Below are positions 59,221-64,000 of a DNA stretch of 64,000 nt, piece after piece. The notes beneath the pieces are model-generated. The model saw only the letters and a list, made by a program, of their open reading frames with translations, was not told where the DNA came from and ran no database searches. The position numbers and the translations under genes were made by a program. Source of the DNA: Candidatus Yonathbacteria bacterium RIFCSPLOWO2_01_FULL_43_27 (lineage in GTDB: Bacteria > Patescibacteriota > Minisyncoccia > Phycocordibacterales > UBA1550); NCBI GenBank assembly GCA_001823545.1, contig MHUV01000005.1, forward strand, positions 15,910 through 79,909, in the 5' to 3' direction. Within the stretch, counting starts at the first letter, position 1, and every line of letters begins with the position of its first letter.

Positions 59221-59661
59221 CTACAGTCCTTTGCACGTGCTCGACGGCGTATATCCGCGCGCTTCGGCATCCTCTTTTGTAGCAAAATAAATACGGTTTC
59301 CTTCAGCAATACGACTTACTCCCGAACACCACACATAATAATATTTTTTGCCATTCTTCGAGCCGACAAGTTGGCTACTACTCTTTTCAACAAAAGGTAC
59401 AGAACCTCCAGCATCGACAACTATTGCTTTTTGGGTAAATGTTTCTGCAGTTACTTTTGGCGCGTTTTCTATCCGAATAGGTGCCCGCGCTCCTTCGATA
59501 CGAGAAAGACGACCAAACCCAAAAGATCCAAACGCCACAAGGATAATAATAACTCCAAGGAATACCTCATTTGGGAGTGTGGGGAGTGCGCGAGGACGAA
59601 ACTGTAAACGGCGCGTTACCCCCTTGATTTTTTCTATCAAATCCTGTATAGTGCGTTTCAT
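59221..59661 (-). CDS. Hypothetical membrane-anchored protein with a C-terminal Ada-like metal-binding-domain remnant
   Basis: A TM helix and a C-terminal YYYVWCSGVSRIAEGNRIYFATKEDAEARGYTPSSTCKGL, which resembles the Ada Zn-binding fold with only some of the Cys ligands present. Confidence 0.35.
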   Translation of the reverse strand: MKRTIQDLIEKIKGVTRRLQFRPRALPTLPNEVFLGVIIILVAFGSFGFGRLSRIEGARAPIRIENAPKVTAETFTQKAIVVDAGGSVPFVEKSSSQLVGSKNGKKYYYVWCSGVSRIAEGNRIYFATKEDAEARGYTPSSTCKGL

Positions 59662-59697
59662 ATCAGCAAATTATAGCTATATTATCAATATAACACC

Positions 59698-59976
59698 ATG
59701 GCACATAAAAAGGCTGGCGGTTCCGCCAAAAACTTAACTGATTCCAATCCGCAATATCTCGGCGTGAAGCTCTATGCGGGCGAGATCGCTAAAGCGGGTG
59801 CTATTATCGTGCGCCAACGCGGTACAAAGATCCTTGCAGGAGAAAATGTAGGTATTGGTAAAGACCACACGCTTTTTGCTCTCAAAGAAGGAGTAGTGGG
59901 ATTCACCGAAAAGCGAAAGGGTAACTTCAATGGTACGTCAACCAAACGAAAAATGGCACACGTAGCAAAAGCTTAA
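59698..59976 (+). CDS. rpmA: 50S ribosomal protein L27
   Basis: Begins [24 protein letters not shown]. Confidence 0.9.
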   Translation: MAHKKAGGSAKNLTDSNPQYLGVKLYAGEIAKAGAIIVRQRGTKILAGENVGIGKDHTLFALKEGVVGFTEKRKGNFNGTSTKRKMAHVAKA

Positions 59977-60001
59977 TGATAAAAGTTAAGTTCATACAAA
60001 T

Positions 60002-60038
60002 AAAATAACGCATTCATTTTGAATGCGTTATTTTATTA
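60002..60038 (+). terminator. Rho-independent terminator
   Basis: AAAATAACGCATTCA-ttt-TGAATGCGTTATTTT plus a T-run. Confidence 0.7.
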
Positions 60039-60138
60039 ATAAACTCAACTTCAATATAAGCAATATCTTGACCTTTTTAACGATATATGTTTATCTATAT
60101 TTAGAACATAAAATATATTGTGCGGAGGAAATAAAAAT

Positions 60139-60969
60139 ATGCAGGGAAAAGGGCAATTGGTGCACTTTCTTGAATCAGTAATTTTACAGGAACATTCCTC
60201 AATTCCTCTTCGTAGTTCGTTTTCTCTAAGGGTACTTTCTCATTCAGAAAAAGAGCGAGACGGAGGAATTATTCTCAAAGAAAATGAAGGAGGAAGGACA
60301 TTGTTGAAGGTAAAGCCAGGCCATCTCAAAAAAAGGACCAACCTCATCCTCTGCGCTCAGCAGATAGTCTTTGGAGAATTCAACATCGTTGCCAGAAAGA
60401 TTGATGGTGTTGTTTCTGAGAGGATCGTCGAGTACGTTGAGCAGTACTACGGTAAATACCGCACCAACTGCGCCACTTTTGTGGAGTACATGAGGACAGG
60501 GTTCTTCACTAAATACGATTCAGGAAGCGATCATCAGATATTTTCTGCGGGAGTAAACTTGTACACCACGCAAAAAATAGAGCCGGGTGATACCCTTTGT
60601 GTTCTGTATTACAGAAAAGAGGTAACGAGACGCCACAAACGCTTGAGAGAGATACGGAAGCATTGCCGGCGGAACAAAAAACTCTCAGACCTGACACACA
60701 TTAACGAGAAGAGCTTATCTCGGACCCTGTCACCAAAAGAGATAACGAACCTTTGTCAGTCTACGATCTACGGAAATTACCATTTCTTGTACTGTATAGG
60801 CACTAACAACGGTGAGCCAATCTTGATTCACCAGATCGGCCTCATCGAACCGGAGGAACAAGAGCAGGAAAAACCTGCCATAGTAATATCGATAGGAACG
60901 ACAAATCTCTACACAAATTTTATCCCCGCCCACATGTTCATAAAGAAGGGCAGACTAAAGAGACCCTGA
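60139..60969 (+). CDS. Hypothetical protein (276 aa), AT-rich; possible Cys/His hydrolase fold (NCATFV...DHQ)
   Basis: GGAGGAAATAAAAATATG gives an RBS, and terminators lie on both sides. No firm family assignment. Confidence 0.45.
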   Translation: MQGKGQLVHFLESVILQEHSSIPLRSSFSLRVLSHSEKERDGGIILKENEGGRTLLKVKPGHLKKRTNLILCAQQIVFGEFNIVARKIDGVVSERIVEYVEQYYGKYRTNCATFVEYMRTGFFTKYDSGSDHQIFSAGVNLYTTQKIEPGDTLCVLYYRKEVTRRHKRLREIRKHCRRNKKLSDLTHINEKSLSRTLSPKEITNLCQSTIYGNYHFLYCIGTNNGEPILIHQIGLIEPEEQEQEKPAIVISIGTTNLYTNFIPAHMFIKKGRLKRP

Positions 60970-61004
60970 TTGCCCGCGAGCAGTCCTCGCATTTTTTAAG
61001 ACCA

Positions 61005-61039
61005 CAGGCGTCATCTTTTAAGATGACGCCTGTTTTTTG
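61005..61039 (+). terminator. Rho-independent terminator
   Basis: CAGGCGTCATCTT-tta-AGATGACGCCTG plus TTTTTT. Confidence 0.7.
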
Positions 61040-61483
61040 TTACTTTTCTGCCATTACGTTTACGGTGAGCACGGCGCGTGACTTACCCACAACCACAGGA
61101 ATCTGAAATTCACCAAGTTCTTTGAGTGGTTTGTCGAGTACAAGATAGTCAGGATGTAACTCGATACGCAGTGCGCGTTTGAGTTCAGCTAACACTTCTT
61201 CTCTGTGGATACTTGCAAAGAGGTGCCCTTTCTCATTTGCTTTACCGTAAAAAGTAATCGAGGCGCCATCGAGGGTGGCAAGGGTTTTCATCAAAAGTTC
61301 TTCATTCATTTTTTTCTGTGACACATCTGCAAGCTTCTTGGTTTCTATGCGCGTAAGCGCTTCTTTTGTTGCAAGTTCTGCAACCTTCTGCATAACCAAA
61401 TGCCTGCCATGTCCATCGGCAACATCTTTTACATCATATTTTTTAGCGATACGAGGCACATCTTTAAGGAATATAATTTTCAT
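61040..61483 (-). CDS. rplI: 50S ribosomal protein L9
   Basis: Begins MKIIFLKDVPRIAKKYDVKDVADGHGRHLV; 147 aa. Confidence 0.85.
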   Translation of the reverse strand: MKIIFLKDVPRIAKKYDVKDVADGHGRHLVMQKVAELATKEALTRIETKKLADVSQKKMNEELLMKTLATLDGASITFYGKANEKGHLFASIHREEVLAELKRALRIELHPDYLVLDKPLKELGEFQIPVVVGKSRAVLTVNVMAEK

Positions 61484-61489
61484 ACGTTA

Positions 61490-62722
61490 TTATGGTAATT
61501 TCTTTACTACGTCGACAGCTTTCTCTAATTGTGTATCATTCTTTTTTTCAACATCTTCTTTTTTCACTGCCACCTCAACATCAGGCTTGATCCCATTTTG
61601 CGAAATGGAATTCCCTAACGGTGTAAGCCAGTGCGCCACCGTCACCTTGAGTGTTGTTTCTGGGGTAATTTCTACCAGCTCTTGCACCGATCCTTTTCCG
61701 TAACTTTTTTCACCAACGATTGTCGCTATCCCTTGCTCCCCGAGCGCGCCCGCAAGAATTTCTGCCGCTGACGCTGAGCCTCCGTTGATAAGGACGACCA
61801 TTTTTAAGTTCTTGTTGAACACATTGTATCCCACACTTTTGTGAACCTTTCGAGGCATTTTCCCTTCACTATCTTCGATCACCACCACCTTCCCTACCGG
61901 AAGGAACCAGCTTGCCATATCGATTGCAGCTTCGAGGTAGCCTCCAGGGTTATTGCGAAGATCTAGCACCAGTTTGTCACTTCCTGAAAGAACAAACTCG
62001 CGAAGCGCCCCGCGAAACAACGAGGGAGAATTTGAGGAAAAATTATAGAGCGAGATAACAAACACGCCATCATCACGCAGCTTCGTATCAACCGTAGGAA
62101 CAACAATAGTATCACGCACAATCTTCACCTCTCGCGTCGTACCATTCTGTCTAATAGTAAGTATTACCGTAGTTCCTTTTGGCCCACGAATAATATCAAC
62201 AGCATCCTCGACGGTCATCCCTGAGGTAAAGGTGTCATCAATTTTAAGGATTAAGTCACCCGCCTTGAGGCCTGCACGTTCTCCGGGTGTCCCCTTCAGT
62301 GGCGCCACCACCGTGAGTACTTTTTCTTTAATACCAATTTCTACGCCGATACCACCAAAATCACCCCTTACATCATCTTCAAATTGCTGTGCCTCTTTAG
62401 GCGGAAAAAAGGTAGTATAAGGGTCGCCATATGATGCAGCGAGCCCCTCTATTGCACCCCATATTTTTTCTTGGTCAGTTGGGATACTTGATGAGGCAGT
62501 TGTTGCAACAAATTTTTCATCAAGCACTTCGAACACTTTCCAAAACGGCGCAAAATCAAGCTTGTCTTCTTGTAAAACAACAGAAGAAGAATTTGCTACT
62601 TCATTTTTTTGTAAATATTCCCCTACGGCAACTCCGCTTCCAAAAATACCTATAGCGCTTACAACAAGAAGTGCGGTGATATGATGCGTACGGAGTGAAT
62701 ACTTTGCAATGAGCCTTTTCAT
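61490..62722 (-). CDS. ctpA: Carboxyl-terminal processing protease (S41, PDZ)
   Basis: PDZ domain GLKAGDLILKIDD and S41 motifs LDLRNNPGG and GGSASAAEILAG. Confidence 0.8.
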   Translation of the reverse strand: MKRLIAKYSLRTHHITALLVVSAIGIFGSGVAVGEYLQKNEVANSSSVVLQEDKLDFAPFWKVFEVLDEKFVATTASSSIPTDQEKIWGAIEGLAASYGDPYTTFFPPKEAQQFEDDVRGDFGGIGVEIGIKEKVLTVVAPLKGTPGERAGLKAGDLILKIDDTFTSGMTVEDAVDIIRGPKGTTVILTIRQNGTTREVKIVRDTIVVPTVDTKLRDDGVFVISLYNFSSNSPSLFRGALREFVLSGSDKLVLDLRNNPGGYLEAAIDMASWFLPVGKVVVIEDSEGKMPRKVHKSVGYNVFNKNLKMVVLINGGSASAAEILAGALGEQGIATIVGEKSYGKGSVQELVEITPETTLKVTVAHWLTPLGNSISQNGIKPDVEVAVKKEDVEKKNDTQLEKAVDVVKKLP

Positions 62723-62816
62723 GTGGACAGTATTACAGAAGAACGAACAGAGGTCAACAACAGAAAAACGGCCTCATTGTTTGAAAGCAATTTCGAATCC
62801 ATGGTATACTTGCCCT

Positions 62817-63731
62817 ATGATTTCTCGCTATACGTACAAGGAACTCGTTTGGGTCGACCTAGAGTCTCCAACCCAAGATGAAGTACGCGGAATTATGGAA
62901 GAGTTTAGCGTGCACCCTCTCGCCGCAGAAGAACTCCTTGCCCCTACCCTTCGCCCTAAAGTAGATCTGTATCCAAACTTTATTTATCTCATCCTCCACT
63001 TCCCTTCAATCTCACATAAACACAACGGCGGATGCGAACAAGAAATAGATTTTATTGTAGGTAAAAATTTCATCATTACCACGCACTACGACCTCATTGA
63101 TTCTCTTCATGAATTTTCAAAAGTATTTGAGGTAAACTCTATTCTTGAAAAATCAAATATCGGTGACCACGCAGGATACATTCTCTTTTATATTTTAAAA
63201 GAGCTTTACAAAACTCTCGGCAACGAACTTAATCATATCGAGCGCGATTTCGCTGAAATTGAGCCAAGTATTTTTGGTGGCAAGGAGCGCGATATGGTTA
63301 CTGCTATTTCACACATCAACAGGGATCTTCTTAATTTCAAACAAATCATACGACCCCACAAGGAAGTACTTGATTCCCTAGAACTCTCTGGCACTAAATT
63401 CTTTGGAGTGGATTTTTCTTACTACCTACGCACGATTACTGGTGAATATTTTAAAGTTTCTTCAATCCTCGATGGTCATCGCGAGACGTTGCTCGAGCTC
63501 CGTAATACCAACGACTCACTCCTCACGACCAAGACGAATGACATTATGAAGACTATTGCGATTATTTCCTTTGTTACATTCCCTCTTTCGTTGGTTGCTA
63601 CTGTTTTCGGCATGAATGCCGACCATATTCCTATCGTGGGACGGACGGGTGACTTCTGGTTTATTATTGGTATTATGGTGGCTATTACACTCACTATTTT
63701 TGCTTACTTCAAACATAAACGATGGATTTAG
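62817..63731 (+). CDS. corA: Magnesium/cobalt transporter CorA
   Basis: The GMN-type motif FGMNADHIP precedes two C-terminal TM helices. Confidence 0.75.
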   Translation: MISRYTYKELVWVDLESPTQDEVRGIMEEFSVHPLAAEELLAPTLRPKVDLYPNFIYLILHFPSISHKHNGGCEQEIDFIVGKNFIITTHYDLIDSLHEFSKVFEVNSILEKSNIGDHAGYILFYILKELYKTLGNELNHIERDFAEIEPSIFGGKERDMVTAISHINRDLLNFKQIIRPHKEVLDSLELSGTKFFGVDFSYYLRTITGEYFKVSSILDGHRETLLELRNTNDSLLTTKTNDIMKTIAIISFVTFPLSLVATVFGMNADHIPIVGRTGDFWFIIGIMVAITLTIFAYFKHKRWI

Positions 63732-64000
63732 AAATTTTTCTCACGAACACGCTCTCAAAAAGGAAAGAGCTCTTCATTCCCATAACTCCCGGAAAGGTCA
63801 AACTCTATCAGTGTGGCCCCACGGTGTACTGGACCCAACATATTGGTAATATGCGCGCAGTCGTTATTACCGATTTGTTAGTGCGTACGTTTTCATACGT
63901 GGAATATGATGTTTCTTTCGCCAGAAACTATACCGATGTCGGGCACCTCACCAGCGACGAAGATTCGGGAGAGGACAAAATGGAGAAAGGAGCAAAACGC
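63722..64000 (+). CDS. cysS: Cysteinyl-tRNA synthetase, 3'-partial (runs off window)
   Basis: Begins MDLEIFLTNTLSKRKELFIPITPGKVKLYQCGPTVYWTQHIGNMR, which carries the class I HIGN motif. It overlaps the corA stop by 10 nt. Confidence 0.8.
   Translation, partial: MDLEIFLTNTLSKRKELFIPITPGKVKLYQCGPTVYWTQHIGNMRAVVITDLLVRTFSYVEYDVSFARNYTDVGHLTSDEDSGEDKMEKGAKR

Overview
This 64 kb window looks like a small-genome bacterial chromosome segment, possibly Patescibacteria/CPR-like given the short PheT, ProRS and EF-Ts; that placement is inference. It reads with standard code 11 and is dominated by minus-strand housekeeping genes. These include a dcw block (mraZ-rsmH-ftsL-ftsI-murF), mreBCD-mrdA, six aminoacyl-tRNA synthetases (lysS, proS, thrS, pheST, partial cysS), gatB, obg, gyrB, glycolysis genes (gap, eno, rpiB), tsf-rpsB, trmD, rpmA, rplI, asnB, mraY, and an aroQ-tyrA/pheA-ilvE cluster. 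There are two tRNAs, tRNA-Glu(UUC) and tRNA-Thr(UGU).

The most notable region is an AT-rich accessory island at about 1.05-7.9 kb. It is bounded on the left by a partial Fic gene, a leader-like repeat copy and a disrupted YdeN-like hydrolase gene, and on the right by tandem 46-nt repeats and tRNA-Glu. The island carries a tightly coupled three-gene minus-strand operon. Its genes are an N6-adenine DNA methyltransferase (NPPF motif), a DUF262(DGQQR)-HNH nuclease, and a 923-aa fusion of a PHP phosphoesterase to a Rad50/SbcC-like coiled-coil ABC ATPase. I could not match this gene combination to any defence system I know, so it is a candidate modification-linked defence module.

Other signals worth a second look:
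- A roughly 190-nt long imperfect hairpin (6S-RNA-like) and a perfect 52-bp palindrome lie in the 463-nt gap upstream of the KH-trmD operon.
- A conserved ~65-nt leader-like element with a covarying hairpin occurs twice; one copy is the lysS 5' leader.
- A 14-Cys, 61-aa peptide gene sits downstream of gyrB.
- Two tandem paralogous ~54-aa genes each carry a strong RBS and their own terminator.
- A 20-nt exact duplicate of the tRNA-Thr 5' end lies 88 nt from the gene.
- Several low-GC hypothetical genes sit outside the island.
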